This document shows positions 54,306 to 62,768 of a stretch of 64,000 nucleotides of DNA, piece after piece. Under the pieces are notes generated by a model, which saw only the letters and a list, made by a program, of their open reading frames with translations, was not told the origin of the DNA and searched no databases. The DNA comes from Patescibacteria group bacterium (GTDB lineage: Bacteria; Patescibacteriota; Microgenomatia; UBA8517): positions 318,393-382,392 of the forward strand of contig AP024680.1 of assembly GCA_025999275.1 (NCBI GenBank). The letters are read 5' to 3'. Both the position numbers and the translations under genes were made by a program. The number at the start of each line of letters is the position of its first letter. Positions within the stretch are counted from its first letter, which is position 1.

Positions 54306-55043
54306 ATGAATTTTCTAAACAGTCTGTTTCTAGGAATTGTCCAGGGCTTTACTGAATTTTTACCCGTTTCCTCATCGGCCCATCTTGCCTTGATTCAGTC
54401 ACTCTTGCCGTCGTTTTCTCAGCCTGGAGTTTTGTTTGATGTTGTTCTTCATTTGGGCACTCTTTTGGCGGTCCTTTTTTATTTTAGGAAAGAGTTGTTT
54501 GGCCTTTCTTTTTATTATTTGAAATATATTGTTATTGGCACAATTCCGGTGGTCTTAGTGGGCTTTTTGTTTTCTGATTTTTTGGAGTCGCTTTTTGGCA
54601 ATATTAAACTGGTGGGATTGGCCTTATTTTTAACGGCTGCTTTTAATTTTTTAAGTGATAAATTGAACAAGACTGATGGTGAGATTGATGAAAAGAAATC
54701 TTTTTTGATTGGTGTTTTTCAGGCGCTGGCAATAACGCCGGGTATTTCTCGTTCTGGTTCAACTATTTTTGGAGCAATTTTTTCTGGAGTTGAGAAGAAG
54801 AAGGCGGCAACCTTTTCCTTCTTGCTTTCTGTTCCTGCTATTCTTGGGGCTTTAATTCTGCAAGTTTATAAATATGGAACTAGTATAGAGTCTCATTACT
54901 ATTTTTATTTTTTAGGTTTTTTGGCTAGTTTTATTTCCGGTTTATTAGCCATAAAACTGGCTTTTAAATTTTTACTCTCTAACAATTTCAAACTTTTTGG
55001 CTTTTACTGCCTTTTTTTGGGAATTATTTGCTTATTGATTTAA
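54306..55043 (+). CDS. uppP: Undecaprenyl-diphosphatase
   Basis: GIVQGFTEFLPVSSSAHL N-terminal motif and PGISRSGSTI, both BacA/UppP signatures. Eight TMs. Confidence 0.9.
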   Translation: MNFLNSLFLGIVQGFTEFLPVSSSAHLALIQSLLPSFSQPGVLFDVVLHLGTLLAVLFYFRKELFGLSFYYLKYIVIGTIPVVLVGFLFSDFLESLFGNIKLVGLALFLTAAFNFLSDKLNKTDGEIDEKKSFLIGVFQALAITPGISRSGSTIFGAIFSGVEKKKAATFSFLLSVPAILGALILQVYKYGTSIESHYYFYFLGFLASFISGLLAIKLAFKFLLSNNFKLFGFYCLFLGIICLLI

Positions 55044-55405
55044 AGAAGAAGCTTTATTTTTGGCAAGAATAGTAAACCTCCAACTAATAGAGAAAACAAA
55101 GCTGAAACTAAAACTGCTGCTGCGGAGACATCTTTTGCCTTCTTTGCTGCTGATTTTATTTCAGGACTAACCAAATCAACCAGAGCCTCAAGCATAGTAT
55201 TTATTAATTCGAGAGTAATTACAAGGCCAATAGTTAAAAGCAGTATGGCAAATTCAGATGTTGACAGTTTTAATAATAGTCCTGTGAGAATTGCTGCGAT
55301 GCCAAAAATAAAATGAATTCTTAGATTGGGTTCATCTTTTATTGCTTTGTTTAGCCCTTCAAAGGCATAGTAAAAACTCTTGGGTGTTGAGTGGGTTTTG
55401 CTCAT
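55040..55405 (-). CDS. dgkA: Diacylglycerol kinase / undecaprenol kinase family protein
   Basis: Three-TM 121-aa protein with the DgkA motif ITLELINTMLEALVDLVSPE. Confidence 0.8.
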   Translation of the reverse strand: MSKTHSTPKSFYYAFEGLNKAIKDEPNLRIHFIFGIAAILTGLLLKLSTSEFAILLLTIGLVITLELINTMLEALVDLVSPEIKSAAKKAKDVSAAAVLVSALFSLLVGGLLFLPKIKLLL

Positions 55406-55433
55406 ACTTTTAAAATGTTATCATTAATAAGTT

Positions 55434-56105
55434 ATGAATTCAAAGAGGTTTTTGCTTTTCTTTTTACCTTTGGTTTTTCTCTTTCTTGCAGCATTTGCTG
55501 TCTGGCAGAATAAAAAGCTTTTGTATCAATTTGGTTGTTGCAAACAGATAAATTATTCAGGCCAGCTTGATTTAGCATCAAGAAGAGGTGTTTTTGATGG
55601 CAAAGAAGTATCTGTGCCTGATGAGGTGTTTAAAGAAGATAAGTATTATGCTCAGGTTTTGGGAGCAACAAGTGGAGAAAAAAGAATTGAGGTAAGCATT
55701 AATGAACAAAAATTAAGAGCTTGGGAGGGTGATAAACTCTTTTTAGAAACACCTGTTTCTACAGGTCTTCGCTTTTGGCCAACACCTAAAGGTGAGTTTA
55801 GAATCTGGATTAAATTAAGAGCAACAAAGATGGAGGGGGGAGTGGGAAAATATTATTACAATCTTCCCAATGTTCCCTATGTAATGTTCTTTGAGAATGA
55901 TGAAATTCCTGGATGGCGAGGTTATGGCATCCACGGAGCTTATTGGCATAATGACTTTGGTACTCCCAGAAGTCATGGCTGTGTAAATTTGCCAGTTGAT
56001 GTAGCAAGACAGCTTTATTATTGGGCAGACCCTGTTTTGCCGGAAGGTAAGACTTCTGTTATAACTACAACTGAAAATCAGGGAACGAAAATAATTATAT
56101 ATTGA
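55434..56105 (+). CDS. L,D-transpeptidase (YkuD fold)
   Basis: Signal/TM at the N-terminus, and a catalytic His/Cys region with YGIHGAYW followed by SHGCVNLP. Confidence 0.75.
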   Translation: MNSKRFLLFFLPLVFLFLAAFAVWQNKKLLYQFGCCKQINYSGQLDLASRRGVFDGKEVSVPDEVFKEDKYYAQVLGATSGEKRIEVSINEQKLRAWEGDKLFLETPVSTGLRFWPTPKGEFRIWIKLRATKMEGGVGKYYYNLPNVPYVMFFENDEIPGWRGYGIHGAYWHNDFGTPRSHGCVNLPVDVARQLYYWADPVLPEGKTSVITTTENQGTKIIIY

Positions 56106-56605
56106 TAAATATGGATTTTGTTTTGAAAAGAATTTATGGTGGTGGTGTAGTTATTTTTTTGGCCAGTTTTTTAATCTGGGTGATGTATTTTGGTTTAATT
56201 TTTATTTTTATTTTTAGAAAAAGGACAAAAAAAGAGATGGCTTTTATTATTCTTTCAAGCGTACTAAGTTGGTTATTGGCCCAGATGACTAAGGATTTAT
56301 TACCAACAGTAAGGCCATTTTTGTTAAATGGAGAAAACCCTCTAACTTTAACTGAACATTTTGATAATTCTTTTCCATCTGGGCATTCTGCGACAGCTTT
56401 TGGGTTGGCAACTTCTCTCTTCTTGGTGGATCGTAATTTGGGGATTTTTTATTTTGTTTTGGCTGGTTTTGTTTCTTGGGGTAGGGTTTTAAGTAGGGTT
56501 CATTTTTTAGTTGATGTTTTGGGTGGGGCTGTTATTGGTATTTTTGTTTCTCTTTTACTTGAAAATTTCTTTTTTGTTCAAAGGCACTCAAGTAGTAAAA
56601 GATAA
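56102..56605 (+). CDS. PAP2-family phosphatase (putative undecaprenyl-diphosphate phosphatase)
   Basis: The three PAP2 motifs are present: KDLLPTVRPF, PSGHSATAFG, and SRVHFLVDVLGG. Confidence 0.75.
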   Translation: MINMDFVLKRIYGGGVVIFLASFLIWVMYFGLIFIFIFRKRTKKEMAFIILSSVLSWLLAQMTKDLLPTVRPFLLNGENPLTLTEHFDNSFPSGHSATAFGLATSLFLVDRNLGIFYFVLAGFVSWGRVLSRVHFLVDVLGGAVIGIFVSLLLENFFFVQRHSSSKR

Positions 56606-56655
56606 TGCCTCTTGACTTTTAGCAGACCATGATTTAGACTGCTAAATTACAAAAT

Positions 56656-59064
56656 ATGAATAGTAAATCTATAAAGGTTTTAAGGCAGATTCCCGTGGTG
56701 GCCATTCGAGACTCGGTGGTTTTTCCGCACACTGACAACATCCTTTCTTTTGGAAGGCAAAAATCTGTCTTGGCTGTAAATTCCGCTTTTCAATCTCAAA
56801 GAGTTGTGGCCATATTTACACAGAAAAATCCGGAGATATTAGATCCTCAGTTCAAGGATTTGTACGAAGTTGGGACAATTGCCACTATTGCTCAGATGAT
56901 GTCTTCAGATGAGGATGTTCACGCTTTAATACGAGGCCAAGCTAGAGTAAAGATTGAAAGTTTGGTAAAGACAGAGCCTTTTTTGGTTGCTGATATAGTC
57001 GAAGTTTCCGAAACTAGGGAAGATAAACCAGAGGTTGATGCTTTGGCTAAAAGAATAGTTGATCTTTTTAAAAGAGCAATAAAGTTAGGTAAACAAGCTG
57101 AAATTGTAACGGTAATGAAGATAGTCTCGGGTCAATCAACTCCAGTTGAACTAGCGGATCAAGTCGCCTCTTTGCTTGAAATTAACACGGAGGAAAGGAT
57201 GAAATTTCTTGAAGAGACTTCGCTTTTAAGGCGATTGCAGATGGTTTTTGAGGCTTTGTTGCGAGAGGTAAACGTTCTTGAAATAGAGAGAAGTATTAGT
57301 TCAAAAACCCAGAAGAAATTTGAAGATCAGGTGAGAAAGGCGATGCTAAGGGAGAAAAAGAGAGCGATTGAGGAAGAACTGGGCGAGGAAGAATCTGAGA
57401 TAGATTCTGATGAAGTAAAAATGTACAAGAAGAAAATCAAAGAAGCAAAAATGCCGAAAGACGTTGAAGAAAAAGCCATGAAAGAACTTAAGAGGTTGAT
57501 GCAGATGCCCATTCAGAATCCAGAAAGTGGTTATATCAGGAATTATTTGGATTGGCTTTGCGATATGCCTTGGAGTAAGGAGTCTCCAAACAATATTTCT
57601 ATTAAAAAGGCTGCCTCAATTTTGAAGAAAGAACATTATGGACTTGATAAAGTGAAAGAGAGGATTCTTGAATATCTTGCTGTTATGAAAATTAAAAAAG
57701 GCAAAAAGTCTCAGGAAGCTCAGCCAACCATTCTTTGTTTTATAGGTCCTCCTGGTGTTGGTAAAACCTCAATTGGTAGATCTATTGCTAAAGCTTTGGG
57801 AAGGAGTTTTGTTAGAGTATCTTTGGGGGGAATAAGAGACGAGGCTGAAATTAGGGGTCATAGACGAACTTATGTCGGCGCTTTGCCAGGAAGAATAATT
57901 CAAGGAATTAAAAATGCAAAAACAAAAAATCCTGTTTTTATGCTTGACGAAATAGACAAACTTGGAGTTGACTTTAGAGGCGATCCTTCCTCGGCACTTC
58001 TTGAAGCTCTTGATCCTGAGCAAAATAAAGAATTCTCTGATCACTATTTAGAAGTTCCTTTTGATCTTTCTAAGGTTATGTTTATTGCCACAGGCAATGT
58101 GGCTGAGAATATAATTGACCCTTTACGTGACAGGATGGAGATAATTCGTTTTCCTGGTTATACCCAGGATGAAAAACAGAAAATTGCTGAGGAATTTTTG
58201 TGGCCTAAACAATTAAAACTTCACGGTCTTGAAGATAAAAAGATTAAAATTTCTAAGCTTGCTTTGGATGAAATTATAGAAAGATACACTAAGGAGGCTG
58301 GAGTGCGTGAACTTGAGCGAATGTTGGCAACAATTTGTCGAAAGTTAGCCAGAAGTGTCGCTGAAGGTAAAAAGTATCCAAAAACTATTAAGGTGTCTGA
58401 TGTTAAGAAGTTTTTAGGCCCAAGAAAGTTCTCTTCAGCTTTAGCCGAGAAAAAGGATGAGGTTGGGGTGGTTACTGGTTTAGCTGTAACACCAGCTGGT
58501 GGTGAAATACTTTTTGTTGAAGTGGCTCTAATGCCTGGTAAAGGCAAACTTTACTTGACCGGCCAATTAGGAGATGTAATGAAGGAATCAGCCAAGGCTG
58601 CCTTTAGTTGGGCTAGATCTCATTGGCAAGATTTTGGTCTTAAGGCTAATTTTGGGAATAAAACCGATGTTCATATACATGTTCCAGAAGGAGCTGTACC
58701 TAAAGACGGCCCTTCTGCGGGTGTAGCTTTGGCTACCGCTTTAGTATCAGCTTTAACGGGCATCTCGGTTAAGAAAGAGGTGGGAATGACAGGGGAAATT
58801 ACATTAAGAGGCAAAGTTATGGAAATAGGCGGTGTTAAGGAAAAAGTTATAGCTGGATATAGAGCTGGATTAAAGGTTATTATCTTACCAAAAGGGAATA
58901 AAAAGGATATGGAGGATGTACCAAGTGAGGTGAAGAAAAACATAAAGTTTGTTTTTGTTGATAATTTGGAAGATGTGCTAAAAGTGGCTTTGACCAAAGA
59001 TGCTTTTAATAGTAAATTTTCTAAAACAACATCAAACACTATTTCGCCAGCTTTTGCTGCCTAA
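56656..59064 (+). CDS. lon: ATP-dependent protease Lon
   Basis: Lon N-domain, AAA+ module (GPPGVGKTS, Walker B FMLDEIDK), and a protease domain with the catalytic Ser in DGPSAGVA and Lys in KEKV. Confidence 0.95.
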   Translation: MNSKSIKVLRQIPVVAIRDSVVFPHTDNILSFGRQKSVLAVNSAFQSQRVVAIFTQKNPEILDPQFKDLYEVGTIATIAQMMSSDEDVHALIRGQARVKIESLVKTEPFLVADIVEVSETREDKPEVDALAKRIVDLFKRAIKLGKQAEIVTVMKIVSGQSTPVELADQVASLLEINTEERMKFLEETSLLRRLQMVFEALLREVNVLEIERSISSKTQKKFEDQVRKAMLREKKRAIEEELGEEESEIDSDEVKMYKKKIKEAKMPKDVEEKAMKELKRLMQMPIQNPESGYIRNYLDWLCDMPWSKESPNNISIKKAASILKKEHYGLDKVKERILEYLAVMKIKKGKKSQEAQPTILCFIGPPGVGKTSIGRSIAKALGRSFVRVSLGGIRDEAEIRGHRRTYVGALPGRIIQGIKNAKTKNPVFMLDEIDKLGVDFRGDPSSALLEALDPEQNKEFSDHYLEVPFDLSKVMFIATGNVAENIIDPLRDRMEIIRFPGYTQDEKQKIAEEFLWPKQLKLHGLEDKKIKISKLALDEIIERYTKEAGVRELERMLATICRKLARSVAEGKKYPKTIKVSDVKKFLGPRKFSSALAEKKDEVGVVTGLAVTPAGGEILFVEVALMPGKGKLYLTGQLGDVMKESAKAAFSWARSHWQDFGLKANFGNKTDVHIHVPEGAVPKDGPSAGVALATALVSALTGISVKKEVGMTGEITLRGKVMEIGGVKEKVIAGYRAGLKVIILPKGNKKDMEDVPSEVKKNIKFVFVDNLEDVLKVALTKDAFNSKFSKTTSNTISPAFAA

Positions 59065-59344
59065 AGAGTTAATAAACGATTTTTTGAATAATTAGTTGGT
59101 GTATATTTGATAACTATATTTCACCATTTTAAAAATGTAATATTTTAGATTTGTGGATTTGGAGTTTTCTTTTGCAAACTGTTTTGAGTCTTTTGGTTTA
59201 TCAGCCGTTAATTTTCTGAGTTTAGGAATAATCAAGAATTGATTTTACTGTGGTATTATTTTTAAGTTTTGTCTTTTGTAGCTTTGCAGTTGGTAAAATT
59301 TTTACCTTTCACCTTTTAACTTTTAGCTCTTGCCTTATTTGTTG

Positions 59345-59417
59345 TGACCCCACCCGGATTCGAACCGGGGTTTGCAGGATGAGAACCTGCCGTCCTGGGC
59401 CTCTAGACGATGGGGCC
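59345..59417 (-). tRNA. tRNA-Glu (anticodon CUC)
   Basis: The reverse complement GGCCCCATCGTCTAGAGGCCCAGGACGGCAGGTTCTCATCCTGCAAACCCCGGTTCGAATCCGGGTGGGGTCA has a Glu-type D-arm, an anticodon loop TTCTCAT, and a T-loop TTCGAAT. No CCA is encoded. Confidence 0.8.
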
Positions 59418-59531
59418 GATAGTTTATTTTAGCATAAAGGTGCTAATAAGAAAAAAATGAATTATGAATTAAGGGACATGAATTATGGGTGTAAGGTATA
59501 GAAACCTCGTATCTAACTAATACCTATAAAC

Positions 59532-59657
59532 TAAACTATAGACAACTATCAATACATCGATGTATTGATAGTAATTAGCACATAACCGGTTCAGTAGACT
59601 AGTACACGGATACGATAGTGTAGTTAAGAATTATGAACTGTGAATAATGAATTAAGG
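59532..59657 (+). repeat. Dispersed ~125-bp intergenic repeat, copy 2, with the 22-bp palindrome at 59548..59569
   Basis: Same orientation as copy 1. Lies in the 670-bp divergent region between tRNA-Glu and greA. The GAATTATGAATTAAGG sub-motif is additionally repeated at 59457..59495. Confidence 0.7.
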
Positions 59658-60138
59658 GAAATGGGAATTAAAATATCTAGATTCTAATTTCTAATATCTA
59701 AACAGAAATTAATAATTCAAAAGTACTAGACCTAGGCTGGTTGTCTTTGGGTTAACAATTCAAAATTTAAAACTAATTATAATTATCTAAGTGAACTTTT
59801 GACTTTTAACTTGTAATTTTGACTTTTGAGTTTTAACTTTTGAATTATTAAGTTTCGTTTAGAGTTTAGTGCTTAGAATTTAGAGTTTCTAGATTATTTC
59901 CCTTTCTAATAATTTGAAACTTTTACCTTCTTGCCTTTACTTTGTTAGTAGGTGCCCTAGCTTTATTTTTTGGATATTATTTGATATAATATTGCAAGCT
60001 AGTGAAGTCAGGCTTCTTTTTAATTGTTTCTTTTTGATATTTTTTGAAGTATTGACAGTAGCGTAACTAGCTTTTACAATCCCTTTGTATTATTGTTCAG
60101 CCGTTTTTCAAAGCGGCATTATTTTTTTAAAAGTATTT

Positions 60139-60603
60139 ATGTCTAATTTAAAAGCAACATTTACCAAGGAGGGTTTTGAGGCTCTTAACAAGGAGCTTAA
60201 GGTTTTGGTGGAAGAAAAGCGACCAAAGTTAGTGGAGAGGTTGGCTAATGCTCGTTCTCAAGGAGATCTTTCTGAAAATAGTGATTATCAAAATGCAAGG
60301 GAGGAGCTTGATTTTTTGGATGGAAAAATAGCTGAGTTGGAAGAGTTAATTAAAAATGCAAGAATAGTGGATTCTAAGACTGATTCAAAAACTGTGAGTG
60401 TGGGTAATTCAGTTAAAGTAAAAATAAATGGACAAGAGACTGTTTTTTCTATTGTTGGAGAGTGGGAAGCAAATCCGGCTGAAAAGAAAATTTCTTTATC
60501 TTCTCCTTTGGGTCAAGCTTTAGCAGGTAAGACTAAAGGGGATAAAGTTGAAGTCGAAGCTCCAGCAGGAACAATGATTTACGAGATTGTTGATATAAGT
60601 TAG
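60139..60603 (+). CDS. greA: Transcription elongation factor GreA
   Basis: N-terminal coiled coil (LTKEGFEALNKELKVLVEEKRPKLVERL, SENSDYQNAREEL) and a C-terminal FKBP-like domain. Start at the Met at 60139. Confidence 0.85.
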   Translation: MSNLKATFTKEGFEALNKELKVLVEEKRPKLVERLANARSQGDLSENSDYQNAREELDFLDGKIAELEELIKNARIVDSKTDSKTVSVGNSVKVKINGQETVFSIVGEWEANPAEKKISLSSPLGQALAGKTKGDKVEVEAPAGTMIYEIVDIS

Positions 60604-60651
60604 CTTTCTTCTTGTAAATTTAAGCTCCTCAATTTATACTAGTCTTGTTTT

Positions 60652-62115
60652 ATGCCGGCAAGGATAGAAAAAATCAGGTCAGATAGATTAAATAAAAAGG
60701 AAGAGCTTGTTAGATCAGGCATTAATCCTTATCCTTCTTCTATTTCTATCACTGGCAAGAGAATAACAATTTCTCAGGCCCGTGATTCTATGGGTAAAGA
60801 GGTTCTAGTTTCAGGAAGAATTAGAGCCATCAGAATTCATGGTGGTGCTTCATTTTTGGATCTTGAAGATTTTTCAGGAAAAATTCAGCTTCTGTTTCAA
60901 AAAAATGTTTTGCTTGATAGTTATAATCAAATTGAGCTTTTTGATACAGGCGATTTCTTAGCAGCTAAGGGCGAGGTTATTAAAACTCAAGCGGGGGAAA
61001 TTACTGTTCGGGTTTCTGAATTTCAGTTTTTGTCTAAAGCTTTAAGGCCGTTGCCGTCTTCTTGGTATGGACTTAAGGATGTTGAGGAAAGATATCGCAA
61101 GCGTTATTTGGATCTTCTTCTTAATCCAGAGGTTAAGGAGAGATTTTTGATAAGGACAAAGCTTGTGCGTGAGATTAGAAACTATCTTGACAACCTTGGT
61201 TTTCAGGAGGTAGAAACTCCAACTCTTCAGCCTCTTTATGGCGGAGCTAATGCTAAGCCTTTCAAAACTCATCTTAATGCTCTTGATTGTGATATGTATT
61301 TGAGGATTGCAGATGAGCTTTATTTAAAAAGACTTATTGTTGGTGGGTATGAGAAGGTTTATGAGATTTGTAAAGATTTTAGAAACGAGGGTATGGATTT
61401 AACTCACAATCCTGAGTTTACAATGATCGAATATTATGAGGCTTATGCTGATTATCATAGGGTAATGGATGTAACTGAAGGTCTTTTTAAGCACTTGGCC
61501 AAGGCAATTTTTGGGAAGATGAAAATTAAAGTCGGGGATAAGGAGATTGATATATCCAAAAAGTGGCCAAGGATTAAGATGGTTGATGTAATTAGAGATA
61601 AAATAGGTCTTGATGTTTTGATCGAAGATGAAAAGACTTTAGCTGATTATTGTCGTAAGAATGAGATTGAGCTTGTTGGCGGGGAAAATAAGGGTCAGTT
61701 AATCTATACTATTTTTGAGCATAAAGTAACTGATCTTCTTATTGATCCAGTGTGGGTAATTGATTATCCCAGAGCTGTAAGTCCCCTGTCAAAGGCAAAA
61801 GAAGACAACAGCGAGTGGGTTGAACGATTTGAAGGTTATGTTGGTGGCAAAGAAATTTGTGATGGTTGGAGCGAGCTTAATGATCCTTTAGTTCAGCGTG
61901 AGAGATTTGAGGTTGACGTTAAATTAGCAAGGAAGGACAGGGAGGAAGCACAACAAGTGGATGAAGATTTTTTGGAAGCAATGGAATATGGCATGCCTCC
62001 TATTGGCGGAATTGGAATAGGAATTGACAGACTAACAATGTTTTTCACCAACACCTGGAGTATAAAAGAGGTAATTCTTTTTCCAACAATGAGGCCTGTT
62101 AAAAGGAAGAAATAA
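60652..62115 (+). CDS. lysS: Lysyl-tRNA synthetase (class II)
   Basis: OB anticodon-binding N-domain, class II motif 2 (FRNEGMDLTHNPEFT), and motif 3 (GGIGIGIDRL). Confidence 0.9.
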   Translation: MPARIEKIRSDRLNKKEELVRSGINPYPSSISITGKRITISQARDSMGKEVLVSGRIRAIRIHGGASFLDLEDFSGKIQLLFQKNVLLDSYNQIELFDTGDFLAAKGEVIKTQAGEITVRVSEFQFLSKALRPLPSSWYGLKDVEERYRKRYLDLLLNPEVKERFLIRTKLVREIRNYLDNLGFQEVETPTLQPLYGGANAKPFKTHLNALDCDMYLRIADELYLKRLIVGGYEKVYEICKDFRNEGMDLTHNPEFTMIEYYEAYADYHRVMDVTEGLFKHLAKAIFGKMKIKVGDKEIDISKKWPRIKMVDVIRDKIGLDVLIEDEKTLADYCRKNEIELVGGENKGQLIYTIFEHKVTDLLIDPVWVIDYPRAVSPLSKAKEDNSEWVERFEGYVGGKEICDGWSELNDPLVQRERFEVDVKLARKDREEAQQVDEDFLEAMEYGMPPIGGIGIGIDRLTMFFTNTWSIKEVILFPTMRPVKRKK

Positions 62116-62117
62116 TT

Positions 62118-62753
62118 ATGGAGGATTTGGGTATAGATAGAAAAAAGGCGCAGAAATTACTTGATGAGTACATCAAAAATCCAATAACTCGTTACCATCT
62201 TTTGGAATCAGAGGCTATAATGGCTGATTTAGCCAGGTTTTTATGTGAGAATAATCTTCTTGATGAAGATGAAAAAAATGGTTTGCCTTGCGATGAAATT
62301 GTAGAAAGATGGGCCTTAGTTGGTCTTCTTCATGATATAGATTGGGATGAAACTAAAGATAATCCTGAAAGACATTGCCTTAGAGCTGAGGAGATTTTAA
62401 AAGAAGCTGGAGCAACGCCATTTTTAATTGAAACTATTCAATCCCATGCCTGGGGTAAAGGTGGAGTGCCAGCTTTTTGTCATCTTGAAAGGTCTACTAA
62501 GCTTCAGCATGCTTTGGCAGCTTCTGAAACTTTGACTGGTTTAATTGTTGCTTCTGCTTTAGTTCAACCTGACAAGAAATTAAAAAGCGTTTCAATTGAT
62601 TCGCTTAAGAGAAAGTTCAAGATGAATAGCTTTGCAAGAGGTTGTAATCGAGAGATAATTAAGGAATCTGAGCTTTTAGGTATTAGTCTTGATGATTTTT
62701 TGAAAATTGGACTTGAAGCTTTACAGAAAATTTCAGATGAGATTGGTTTGTAG
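62118..62753 (+). CDS. HD-domain phosphohydrolase
   Basis: H...HD...D metal-binding pattern (LLESEAIMADL, GLLHDIDWDE, HAWGKGG). 211 aa. Confidence 0.6.
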   Translation: MEDLGIDRKKAQKLLDEYIKNPITRYHLLESEAIMADLARFLCENNLLDEDEKNGLPCDEIVERWALVGLLHDIDWDETKDNPERHCLRAEEILKEAGATPFLIETIQSHAWGKGGVPAFCHLERSTKLQHALAASETLTGLIVASALVQPDKKLKSVSIDSLKRKFKMNSFARGCNREIIKESELLGISLDDFLKIGLEALQKISDEIGL

Positions 62754-62768
62754 TATAATTCTTGCTAA

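Noticed and set aside
2869-59657. The two ~125-bp direct repeats as attL/attR of a 56-kb integrated element next to tRNA-Glu
   Set aside because: The intervening DNA is core housekeeping (secA, prfB, ftsEX, pyrH, lon, trmD). The repeat lies on the 5' side of the minus-strand tRNA rather than overlapping its 3' end. No integrase is present.
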